From Camelus dromedarius (Eukaryota): 64,000 nt of DNA. Positions 1 through 10,030 of this stretch are shown here, in pieces. A model generated the notes under the pieces. That model saw only the letters and a list, made by a program, of their open reading frames with translations, was not told the origin of the DNA and made no database searches. Position numbers and translations under genes: made by a program. The DNA is taken from contig NC_087463.1 of the NCBI RefSeq assembly GCF_036321535.1, forward strand, positions 12,462,001 to 12,526,000, in the 5' to 3' direction. The first letter of the stretch is position 1. Each line of letters opens with the position of its first letter.

Positions 1-1137
1 CAAAAATCTTCAGCTGGTTCCTTTTTTTGGTCATCATTTGAGACAAATAAACATACAGCTCATTTTTTCAGTTTTGGGCAAGTCCAGCTTCCATTTCCCG
101 GCTTTGTCCAGAATCTGGATTCCAAGTCAAGCCCAGGGTCCAGCCCCTTGTAAATCAATAAGCTAACAAACACCATCCCTGTTCCTGAAACCACAAAGGT
201 GAGTAATACAACTGAAATGGTGTCTGTGTTTATTTCAAAAGTCTCTTTTTAGTTAGTGCAGGGTTAGGTACTAAGTTTTATTCGGCAAATCACAAAGGTA
301 AAAAACCTTCTTAACAAGTTTGCCTGGGTCACAGGAAGTGTAAACCATTTTCATTGTTTTTCTAAGCAGTTAAGAAGCCCTTGCCTTGGGCACAAATTCC
401 TCCTTGTCAGGGACCTTCACGCTTGGATATTCCAGAGTAGGGGGAGAGGGGGGAGGAAGGGCCAGAGTCAGGAGACAGCAGCACCATTTGTGTCTGCTCC
501 GGTACCTGAGACTCCAGCTCAGATCATGTTTCTGGAAAACCAGGCTTCTGCAGAACTGAATATTTAATAGCATTAGGTAAAATCAAAAGGACAGATTATC
601 TTTTCCTTATTGCAAATGCAGGCCAGTTCCCTTTGGGACACTTCATCTGGCCTCTATACACCAAGAAGGAAAACAGATTTTGATTCCTAAAACCAGACAA
701 ATATAGTACAAATGGTAAACAGACACAGCTCATTATTTTTGTAGCTAATTACTTCTTTTCATCCACATACATAGATTTTTTGAAGAAGAAGAAGAAGGTT
801 GAAAGTTTACAGTCCCGTCATCCAATCTAAAATCTACCCTTTCCATAAAATGACACGGCTCCTTCCCACCGCTGCGTGGGGCTGAGTAACTTTCAGCTCA
901 AAAATCCCATGACAGTGCAGAACTGTCAGCCAATAGGCTGGTGTCTTTTTGCGACACCTGCCGCTACAGAAACCAGGATGAATGAATGAAGGGTAAGACA
1001 ACCAACTTCACCCAGTCATTCGTTTATGCTCTTAAAAATTGTGAGCGCGGTGACCTGTTAAAGTCGCCACGCGACAGCAAGTTTTCCAGAGAGCTTTCTT
1101 CACCGCCTCTGAATTGCGGGGACCCCTGGCCAAAGGG

Positions 1138-1323
1138 ATTGCATAACAGCAATCTAAATAAATAATCAGACAGTCAGATATACACTGGGCTAAGAAGCGG
1201 GTATCCTTTCTCCGGGAAGGCAATTCTGTGTTCCCGGAAGAGCACAGACTTCTGGCCCAGGGAATCCGAGTCCAGAAGAGAGGTTTACAGGGAGAAAATC
1301 CTCCTCACCGAGGACCTGTTTAC
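1138..1323. promoter_or_regulatory. C/EBP + paired GAS (STAT) + FOXO motif cluster
   Basis: ATTGCATAAC at 1138-1147. CTCCGGGAA at 1210-1218 (reverse complement TTCCCGGAG). Perfect TTCCCGGAA at 1231-1239. TGTTTAC at 1317-1323 and GGTTTAC near 1283. Confidence 0.5.
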
Positions 1324-1339
1324 AGGAAAACGTCCCTGG

Positions 1340-1700
1340 TGCACTGGGCGGCGCTGGGGGAACCGGCTCCAAGGGCACCTGGACATCCGTTCACCTGGGG
1401 GGTGACCTGTGCGCGGATCGCCAGGGGTCGCCTACCTTGGAGGGCGCTCAGCGAGCGCGAGGTCCCGGAGCTGCTCCTGCCCTGGACTCTGGGCCTCCAG
1501 CCGGTCGGCTCCGCGGGGCGGTCGTGGCTCCGCGGTCCCCAGAGTGAGCTCCGCCCCGCAGGGCGCGCCCCGGGCAGAGTCCGGCGCCCGAGCGGCTCCG
1601 GGGAGGAGCCTGGGCTCCGGCCGCTGCCGGACGCACACGCCCGGCTCCGGGCGCCCCGGGATGCGCTCCGGGGGCCCCAACGCACAAGTCTCCAACAGTG
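1340..1700. promoter_or_regulatory. CpG island / probable promoter of a minus-strand gene extending left of the window
   Basis: Very GC- and CpG-rich block with a GC box (ctccgccccgc, about 1548-1558). It is the only true CpG island in the window. A minus-strand donor AAG|GTAGGC lies at its left edge. Confidence 0.8.
1436..1600 (-). other. Putative non-coding first exon; the TSS end is approximate
   Basis: The minus strand reads ...gctgagcgccctccaag|gtaggc, a strong 5' splice site with GT at 1435-1434, inside the CpG island. No convincing ATG-initiated frame was found. Confidence 0.5.
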
Positions 1701-1715
1701 CACAGCTCTCAGTAC

Positions 1716-1768
1716 CTGAGTTTCAGACTGACCTCTGTCTCCCTTTGAAAGTTCGTAAACTCTTAGAC
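1716..1768 (-). other. Candidate 53-nt internal exon (5'UTR or lncRNA)
   Basis: Minus-strand acceptor cttccttttctccccag| and donor cag|gtactg. Confidence 0.5.
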
Positions 1769-2442
1769 CTGGGGAGAAAAGGAAGCGCATGCATTGTTTC
1801 TTCTAACCCCCACATTCACCGGATTTGGAAAACTGCAACTCAAATCACACCCCCCCCCCCGCCCCAAATCCAAGGGCTTAAGGGCTTTTTAGAGTCTTCC
1901 TGGGAACCCAACAATTATGATTCTCACTCCAGTAAAAGGAAGTAAAAAGAATTTTTTTCCCCCAACAGATAAAACTTCTGGAATGGTACCCAGTTAGAAA
2001 AGTGAAAGTTGCTGGTTGTTAGGTTAAGTGCTGGTTAATTAATCCTTGTGGTTCTATTAAATGGATGTATTTTTCAGAGATAAATCATGTTCCAAAGATA
2101 GTCGTGGACATTTATTACCACTTTAAACACTGAAGAATTCCAGCTGTTGCCGAGCCTTGCTGCGGTTTACTCCTGTCTGCAATTGCAAGTTGGTCCCATA
2201 AACACCACGTTTCCTCCTTCTGAGCTGGTATCTGGCTCAGCATTTGACGCTGCCCTGCTTTCTGAGACCCTCTCACCTCTCTTCCTGTCCTTAACCCTTC
2301 TTGGAGATGGAAATCTACTCCATCAGTCCAAGTTTTGTCGGGTAAGCAGAGAATGGATGACCCAGTGAGTGGTCCAGCCCCACAGATTGTCTATCTTTCA
2401 TGTATTTTTGACGAAGTTACTAACTTTGTATTTAAGTCTCAC

Positions 2443-2497
2443 CATGCCCAAGAAGAAACTGATGCGATCAGAGGAGAAGAGATTTTTGTGCACTTTT
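2443..2497 (-). other. Candidate 55-nt internal exon (5'UTR or lncRNA)
   Basis: Minus-strand acceptor tctcctttctcctcccag| and donor atg|gtgaga; both are near consensus. Confidence 0.5.
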
Positions 2498-3024
2498 CTG
2501 GGAGGAGAAAGGAGACTGTAGCTGAAAGTGACAATTCTAATCAGTATAAAATACTGACTGTATTTCATGGTTCTGCGATGTACTATTACCTAGGCAATTT
2601 GAGTAAATCTTGTGTGGAGGGGAACAGGGAACCACTCATTAACAAGAATGTGAAATTCTAAAATATTGGCAACCTACATAGTGCAGCTCAGGAGAATTTA
2701 TAAGCCACCCATAAATACAAAACGCTAGTGGTGTGCCTTAGAGGTTGGACACTGGGGGAGGAGGGATCAAAGTTTATGGATTTGTCTTATAGCTGGAGCA
2801 TTTGATAGTTATTTTTATGACAGACTATGTACAAATCATTTAAAATAGCCAAATATTCTAAAGTTGCTTTTCTTCACATTTTAATTAAGATTGCCCATTT
2901 TTCTTTTTGGGAGGGGGGAGGGGAATGTCAACTGGCTTCACTTTAAATTCATTATCATTAAGTTCAAGTGGGCAGTGATGCTGTTCAGTGATCACGTGAT
3001 ATGCCCCATGCCTGTTCCTCTCTT

Positions 3025-3561
3025 TTTTCTTTTTTTTTTTTAACATTTTTTATTGATTTATAATCATTTTACAATGTTGTGTCAAATTCCAGTGTAGAGC
3101 ACAATTTTTCAATTATACATGAACATATATATATTCATTGTCACATTCCTTTCTCTGTGAGCTACCGTAAGATCTTGTGTATATTTCCTTGTGCTATACA
3201 GTATAATCTTGTTTATCTATTCTACAATTTTGAAATCCCGTCTATCCCTTCCCACCCCCCACCCCCTTGGCAACCACAAATCTGTATTCTATGTCTATGA
3301 GTCTATTTCTGTTCTGTATTTATGCTTTGTTTGTTTGTTTGTTTTTTTAGATTCCACATATGAGTGATCTCATATGGCATTTTTCTTTCTCTTTCTGGCT
3401 TACTTCACTTAGAATGACATTCTCCAGGAGCATCTATGTTGCTGCAAATGGCGTTATGTTGTCGGTTTTCATGGCTGAGTAGTATTCCATTGTATAAATA
3501 TACCGCCTCTTCTTTATCCAGTCACCTGTTGATGGACATTTAGGCTGTTTCCATGTCTTGG
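3025..3561 (-). mobile_element. 5'-truncated young camelid-type L1 (3' end) with a 17-bp TSD
   Basis: Poly-T head and L1 3'UTR/ORF2-end sequence (antisense KTWKQPKCPSTGDWIKK in ORF 3434..3649). The identical direct repeat atgcctgttcctctctt occurs at 3008-3024 and 3562-3578. Confidence 0.95.
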
Positions 3562-3704
3562 ATGCCTGTTCCTCTCTTACTCGCCTGCTTGACTGTTTCA
3601 GGTTTCCTCCTCTCTTCCCAGATTTCCAGCAACAACTCCTCTCCAGCATTCTCAGCAGATGACCTTCTTCTCTGCTTTACTGATGAGCAAGGCTGTCTAA
3701 AGAT

Positions 3705-3835
3705 CCTTAGCTTAATCTGAGGGTCCTTAACTTAATCACATCTGTGAAGTCAGCAGTACCAGGTAAGATCACATATTTACGAGTCCCAGAGATTAGGATC
3801 TGGACATTTTTTGAGGTCATGATTCTACCTCCCAG
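3705..3835. mobile_element. MaLR (MLT1-like) LTR fragment
   Basis: cttaacttaatcacatctg...gattaggatctggacattttttgagg resembles MLT1 LTR ends as I recall them. Confidence 0.5.
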
Positions 3836-4439
3836 AGCTGTACTCCTACATCACATTATAATTCAAATGTTCATTAGGCCTCTATTAAATATTTCATTTT
3901 TTAAGGCACAAAATGAAGAAGGCTTGGCAGGATGATGAAGGAGGCCTGCTCTTATCCCCTTTTTGGTGATGCTTCTGCCTGCCCTTCTGTTCTTTCCTCT
4001 CCCCTTCCCCCGGCACCCCCCCCCCCCAATGCTGCCAGAGGAGGGCCAGATGTTGGAAGATTTTCTAGGCTCTTCCCCTCCCCCATACCTACAGCCTTCC
4101 TGGACTTTCTGGGACTTGCTGGATGGAGAAAGGAATGCAAATGTGGAAAATTAAGGCATTTGATTTTAACAAAATTGAACTCTAAGGGCCCCCTGAGTCT
4201 TGCAGACTGGACTCTGAGCTAGGGAAAACACAAAGCATCGAAATACCTCTCGGCAGCTTGAGACAACAATCGGTCTACTCTGTGCAAGCTGCTGTGCTGA
4301 GTGTTGAGGTCAATTTTTATCATTTTAAATTCCATGTGTTTGCCCTTTAAATGGATAGGTCACACATGCACGTGGAAAATAAGTATAAATACAATTACAT
4401 AATAAATGTAGACAGTCCCAAACAACTGATCGTCGCTGA

Positions 4440-4760
4440 GTAGCAGGAGAGCTAATAAGTACCAGAAGACGAAGAGAGAAAATTGACTTTAGTTAGTGAC
4501 GTGGAGGAATGCTCAGAGGAGGCAGGAGTGCAGCTACGTCATGAGTTTAAGCACCACGTCATCCCAGGAGAGCACGGGGGACTTCTGTGACCAGACAACG
4601 GCAGAGGCACAAAAGCAGGGAAACGCTCAGGCAGATTTGGGAGCTACCAACTAGACCGGTCCAGTTGGACCATGAAGGACTAATGGGAGATAAAGCAGAG
4701 AGGTGGGGGCCCTTTGTGTGTAAGAAACAAAAGGTCCAGGTGATATATTTTTCTACTTCA
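4440..4760 (-). mobile_element. L2 fragment (degenerate)
   Basis: Purine-rich L2-like tract (...gaccatgaaggactaatggg...); weak recognition. Confidence 0.35.
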
Positions 4761-7700
4761 ACTCTGCTGTGAGAGGAAAGAAAACGTCACTGTAGGAAAT
4801 GAAACTCTGGTTGTTCTGACTTTAAGAGTGAAACACTTCTTAGCAGACATCAGTGAACAATATATGAGAGTCTACTTGTGTATCCATGTCTGTCTAAACA
4901 GGTAGAACTTTTTCTAAGACTCCTTTCATATAAAGGATGCAGAAACCATGACATAACCAGGCTTGATATTCCAAATATGTGCCTCCTGGTTGAGCAGTGG
5001 CACTGACCAATCAGACAAGCTGTCAGCCGTAGTGAACTGTTACGGATTAACCAGTGTGGACCAGATGAAGGTCAGCCCCAGACATCACTGTTTAAACGAC
5101 GGCTGTTCTCTTAACCAAACTAGATATTCTTTCATTTTCTTCCAAAAATACCATTCAAAGGACTTCAGAATCTCTGATTTTTGTGACCTTTCTTTTGGTG
5201 GTGAGCTTGGTTTACGCTGCCTTAGTAGAAGCTGGGGTAATCATTGTCACTTCCCTCTGTTTTGTAAAGACAAGAAAACCACCCAGGTCTCAAGAAAAGT
5301 CTAGCTGAACTCCAGAACATGCTTTCACAGGCTGAAGTGACAATCTAGGCCTCTGCTTCAGAGTCTAATACAAGAACAGATGGCCAGTTTGTTTCTGGTA
5401 ATCACCTGGGCTGCAGCTGGCTGGTGTATCTTTTCTAGATATTTAAATGCTTCTGCAAAGCCATTGTGACATCGGCTTTGCTCTAGCTCTTGGTTAAGCA
5501 GAAGGAAAAAGAAGATGCCCTGCCCCCTCACCCCCGAGTCCTCCCTGGGCTTCTGGGCTTGCAGTAAGTTCCACGCCCTCTACAGGACAGTCCTGAGGTG
5601 CCTTTCCTTCCAAGTGCCACCTCCCGCCTTGTCCCCATCTCTCTCTGTGGTCTCCGCTCGGCACAGCTGGTCAATCCCAGCTAGGCCGCCCTTGGCTCTC
5701 AGTCGTCAGGGGTATCCAGCTAGGAGGAAGGGGATGTCTTCTTCCTTCTAGGCTTTGCCCAGAAAACCAGCCTTGAAGTGGAACTGAATACAAGCATCTC
5801 AGAATCGATACCATTCTATATCTAGCCAAGGAGCTGAGCCCACGACAGCTGACTCCAGCAGGAAACAGTGGCCACAAGGACGTTGTGTGAGATGTGCCTG
5901 ATTGAACTAATAGTCACTTGGATAAGTTTTTTTTTTAATGCGTTAGAGTTTTCTAAAAATCACATGATATTCTTAAGTTGCTTTGGTGGTTGAAAGGATG
6001 AGACATTAGTTAGAGTCTATTTAATTTCCACAAAAACTTTGTCTTCATTCTGTTAATAAAGAAGTTAAATTAAAAAAAAAAAAAAAGCTGTCTTCCTCGG
6101 GGAAGCGAGCACCTTTATTCATCCTGAGTCCGACCTCAGATGGTCCAAGGACCACCTCATAGCTCAGTCCTCATCCTGAGCTACTTGGCAGGCATCGTCC
6201 CTCTTTCCCAGCCAGAGGCAGAATCCAGCCCTCCCAGTTGCCAACCCCTGAGCTCTCTTTGGCCCCTCCCAGCACATTACTTTTCCTAAGACATAACTCT
6301 CACTCTTGGCTTATTTGCAGACTAGAGATGACTGCTAAGTCATATGCCACGGGAATGAGCTCTGTACTGCGGAGTCCCTGAGACTCACTCCAACATTGAA
6401 GGAAGTAATTCTCCAGGCTTTGACAGTGGCAAAATGATTCAAATGTGCATTGAGCCCCATATTGAGGTAATTCCCACCAAAGGCGGGGTGAGGGCTTGGT
6501 GGGGGTTCATTTTCCATAATTTCTATACACATCTTTGCCTTTAACAATGTAGTTTAACATCCTGACAAGTACGATCATAGAAAAACGCTTCTGAAACTGA
6601 AACGAGAATTTTTAAATGTATGTATTTACACTTCACATTCTTCTAAAAATAACTTGAGCTAGAATATCATAAATATTCCCAATTATCCTTAATAGTTGGA
6701 AGCACGTAACATTTATGAAGACCCTGGAATTTAAAGTGAGCTCAACGTCTGAGTGAAATTAACTCGGAGAAGGAGCTCTGAGTATTCAAATATTGATTTT
6801 CCACCGCGAGGAAATACTGTTCCTTCCCTTACAAAATTAATTAAGCTCTGTGTTAATTAATCACTATGCCTCTATAATGAGAGGCTGCCAATCACCCTGT
6901 CAGATTGTTTACAGCTGAAATCCAGCCGAAAATACATCTAGTTAATCATCTAAGTTAAATTTAACCCGTGTCTCAGGACCTCAAACCTCATTCTAGATCA
7001 CAGCAGTGATCCTAGCTTTTGAATCCCCTGTGCGACTCTGCTTCTCCATGGAAGTGGCCAAATTCCAAGTCTCTCGGAGCTGCAGACCCACAGCGGAAGC
7101 TTATCTGAAACTTCCAAGGCTCTGCAAGTAGAACTAATATATAGAAAATCCATGCATATTTCTTTTTCTGTCTCATCGTTTGATAAATAATTTCTCTTTG
7201 GCTTTTTACCATAAAATGACTAAACTCTTGGACAACTTTGCAACCAAAAGAGTTTCAAATATGGGATCACTATGCCATAAAATGGACTGTGGGAAAAAAT
7301 ATAAATGATAGTTTCAATTACAGCACCTTGCTTATATTTTACCCAGGAACTTATGGCTTTTGACCGTATCATCTTTTGGTGATTTTTCTTGTCTTTCACT
7401 TGTGTTACTTACATGGGGCCAGTTTCCTTGAGAGTGAAAGCTGTGGGATTCAAGCTGTCATAGGGAAGTGTTAGTCTCTCTGGCATCTGTGATTTTAAAA
7501 CTAGATTAAACAAGGCCTCAACAGGGCTTCTTGGACTGAGACTTTGGTTATGCCTCCTGGGTGATGGAAAACCCTGTCCAAGGCAAAGATGCAGTGGACT
7601 CACGCAACAAGGTCCTTTAAGTTCTGGTAGTTATTTTTGACATTGGTATTTTTATTCATATGGTTTTCCCTTTGAGTCAGATCTCAGGAGTGAGGAGGGG

Positions 7701-7814
7701 GAGGGCAAGAGTAAGAATTTGGGGGGAAAAAATCCCAGGGTACAACTGGCCAGGGAACCAGCTCAAGCCTGTGATCAGAGAAGAGTGAGGTGGTTGGACC
7801 AGGTGATCAATCCA

Positions 7815-8232
7815 AGGTCAGGCCATGCATTTGGGATGTGTCTAGTCTGTTTTGGTTTTTCTGGGGGGTGGTAATTAGGCTTGTTTGTTTATTTTTAGAG
7901 GAGGTACTGGGGATTCAACACGGGACATCGTGCATGCTAGGCACAGGCTTTACCACTGAGCTGCACTCTCCCCACCGGATGTGGCTCGTCTTCACTGAGA
8001 TGCGATGTAAGCTTGAAATACACACCAGATGTCAAAGACTTAGTATGAAAAAGAAGAATGTCAATGATTCCATTAATTGTTGATTATGATTATAGATTAA
8101 GATGATGAATATACTGGGTTAAATAAAACCTATGATTAAAATTAATTTCTTCTGCTCTTTGATGATTTTCTTGTAGCTACTAAAATTTAAAAAATTTTAT
8201 TGGTGGTTCACACTGTTTCCATGGGACAGCTC
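7815..8232 (-). mobile_element. MER33 (hAT-Charlie), interrupted by the SINE
   Basis: aaatacacaccagatgtcaaagacttagtatgaaaaag...gggttaaataaaa...attaaaattaatttc...tagctactaaaatt...ggacagc matches MER33. Confidence 0.7.
7849..7976 (-). mobile_element. Vic-1-type camelid tRNA-derived SINE nested in MER33
   Basis: gtaattaggcttgtttgtttatttttagaggaggtactggggattcaacacgggac...taccactgagct matches the camelid SINE. It is flanked by a decayed 15-bp TSD: ggatgtgtctagtct (7834-7848) and ggatgtggctcgtct (7977-7991). Confidence 0.85.
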
Positions 8233-8513
8233 TGCTTTAGAGCGATATTTTTAGAGACAAGCCAAGCTCCCCACTGCCCTGAAGGGAGGGGCACACACAG
8301 GGGCCCCATTGGCACTTGAAACTCATCATGTCCGCTAGGGAACTGGTTTTCTTACCCACGCACCTGACCTTTATATAATCCTCATCTCCGCTATAAGGTT
8401 TTTTTCCTGTACAACATTGCTGATGAAGATAACCATGGTATCTACCCAGAGGTTTTCCTCCCATCACTAATTTGTACACATTTAAGGCATCCATTCAGAC
8501 AAATCTAATGCTA

Positions 8514-8697
8514 GACCAATGGTTCTTAAATGTGGTTCCCAGATCAACAGTTTCAACCAGGAAACTTGTCAGAAATACAAATTCTCATTCCTTGTCCCAA
8601 ATCCACTGAATCAGAAGCTCTGAGGACTGGGATCTAGGACTCTGTTGATAAATCCCTCCGAGTGCTTCTGTTGCACTCTAATATTTGAAAACCACTC
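8514..8697 (+). mobile_element. MER5A (hAT-Charlie)
   Basis: caatggttcttaaatgtggttcccagatcaacag...cttgtcagaaatacaaattctc...actgaatcagaagctct...atttgaaaaccact. Confidence 0.75.
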
Positions 8698-8721
8698 AAT
8701 GCTCTGGAATAAACATTAAGG

Positions 8722-8900
8722 CTCCCAGATAAAATCTAGGATGCTTAATTAAATTTGAATTTCAAATCAACAGCAAAGAATTGTTTAGTGTAAGTATGTC
8801 CCATGTAATATTTGAGACAGACTTGTACTAAAAAAAAAATTTATTGTTGCTCTAAAATTCAAATTTAACCAGGTGTTTCTGTATTTTTATTTGCTGAATT
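8722..8900 (+). mobile_element. MER53 palindromic MITE
   Basis: ccagataaaatctaggatgcttaattaaatttgaatttc...aaattcaaatttaaccaggtgtttctgtatttttatttgct, with self-complementary arms. Confidence 0.75.
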
Positions 8901-9071
8901 ACAATTTTACTTTGGAAGAGGGGGTATCAACCCTGACGGTAAGTTAATTTAATTCACTGGTGTGGTCCCCAAGCATCAGGATAGACTTTTTTTCAAATCC
9001 CCAATTTTTTCTAATGCACATCTGCGTACTCCTTCATTAAAGTGAAACAATGAAATGAAATGATGCTTTTC

Positions 9072-9236
9072 AAACTTTAAATGCATTCAAGTTACCTGGA
9101 GCTCTTGGTACAACACAGATTCCGATACAGTATTTCTGGGTTGAGAGCCTGAGATTTGACATTCCTGACAAACTCCCATGCGACGCCATTGCTCCTGGTC
9201 TGGGGACCACATTTTGAGGAGCAGAGCATCGGGAGT
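9072..9236 (-). mobile_element. MER5-family fragment
   Basis: tgcattcaagttacctggagctcttgg...gacaaactccc...ctggtctggggaccacattttgag. Confidence 0.65.
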
Positions 9237-9661
9237 GCAGAGACGCGTGCTCCAACAGCTGGTAAATACCTCACAGGGGGCTACCCGGGAGACAGCGATG
9301 GGGCAGAAGAGAATATGATGCAAATCATTCGTACGAGAGAGGTTCAGAGTACTGTGAGGGTTTCAGAAAAGGGAGAAACCACAGCTGGTAGAGGAGGAAA
9401 GCCTCTATGGAAGAAGTGGGGCTTATGAAACGTTGTAATACATTTCAAAACAGGACTGCAGTGTTTTGCAAGAGAAGGAAACTGGTTAAGCAGATACTGC
9501 CATAAAGATACATGAAAGCAGGTGGCATTGACTTTGCGACCTGACGGCGGGCAGAGGCCAGGGGAGCAGTAAGGAGACGACTAGTGGAACATGGACGAGC
9601 CATACTTGGAAGACAAAACAGGTATCTGATGAACTCAGGACAATGGGAACAAATTTTGTCT

Positions 9662-10030
9662 CGGTTATCTACTGCTCTGTAACCAACCGCCCTAGCACTT
9701 GGTAGTTTAAAATAACCATCATTTATCAGTTCTCGTAATTTGACTCTGTGGGGCACTCACTCACTCCTGAGGCTTTAGCTGGGGGACTGCTGGAGGCAAG
9801 GACAGCTGCGTCTCTCTCACCGCAGCTCCTTCATCCTCAAGAAGGCTCGACTGGATTTCCTGGCATGATGGCAGCAATGTTCTAAGGGCATGAGCCCCAG
9901 TGCACAAAGGCTTTTTTTTCTTTTAATAAGCCTCTGCTTCTGCACATTTTCTAACGTCCCATTGGCCAAAGCAAGTCATGTGACCAAGCCCAGCATCAAT
10001 GCAGGGGGGACTGGACACCAGGAGGTGAGA
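9662..10030 (-). mobile_element. MLT1 (J/K/L-like) MaLR LTR
   Basis: gttatctactgctctgtaacc...tttaaaataacc...cattggccaaagcaagtcatgtgaccaagccc are diagnostic MLT1 segments. Confidence 0.75.

Noticed and set aside
72-199. Plus-strand exon-like segment (ttttttcag| ... aag|gtgagt)
   Set aside because: Stops in all three frames and no partner exon visible. Isolated splice-site pairs occur by chance in 64 kb.
1190-1945. Six overlapping ORFs of 62-178 aa on both strands
   Set aside because: Pro/Arg/Gly/Ala-rich frames typical of stop-poor CpG-island DNA; no recognisable domain.
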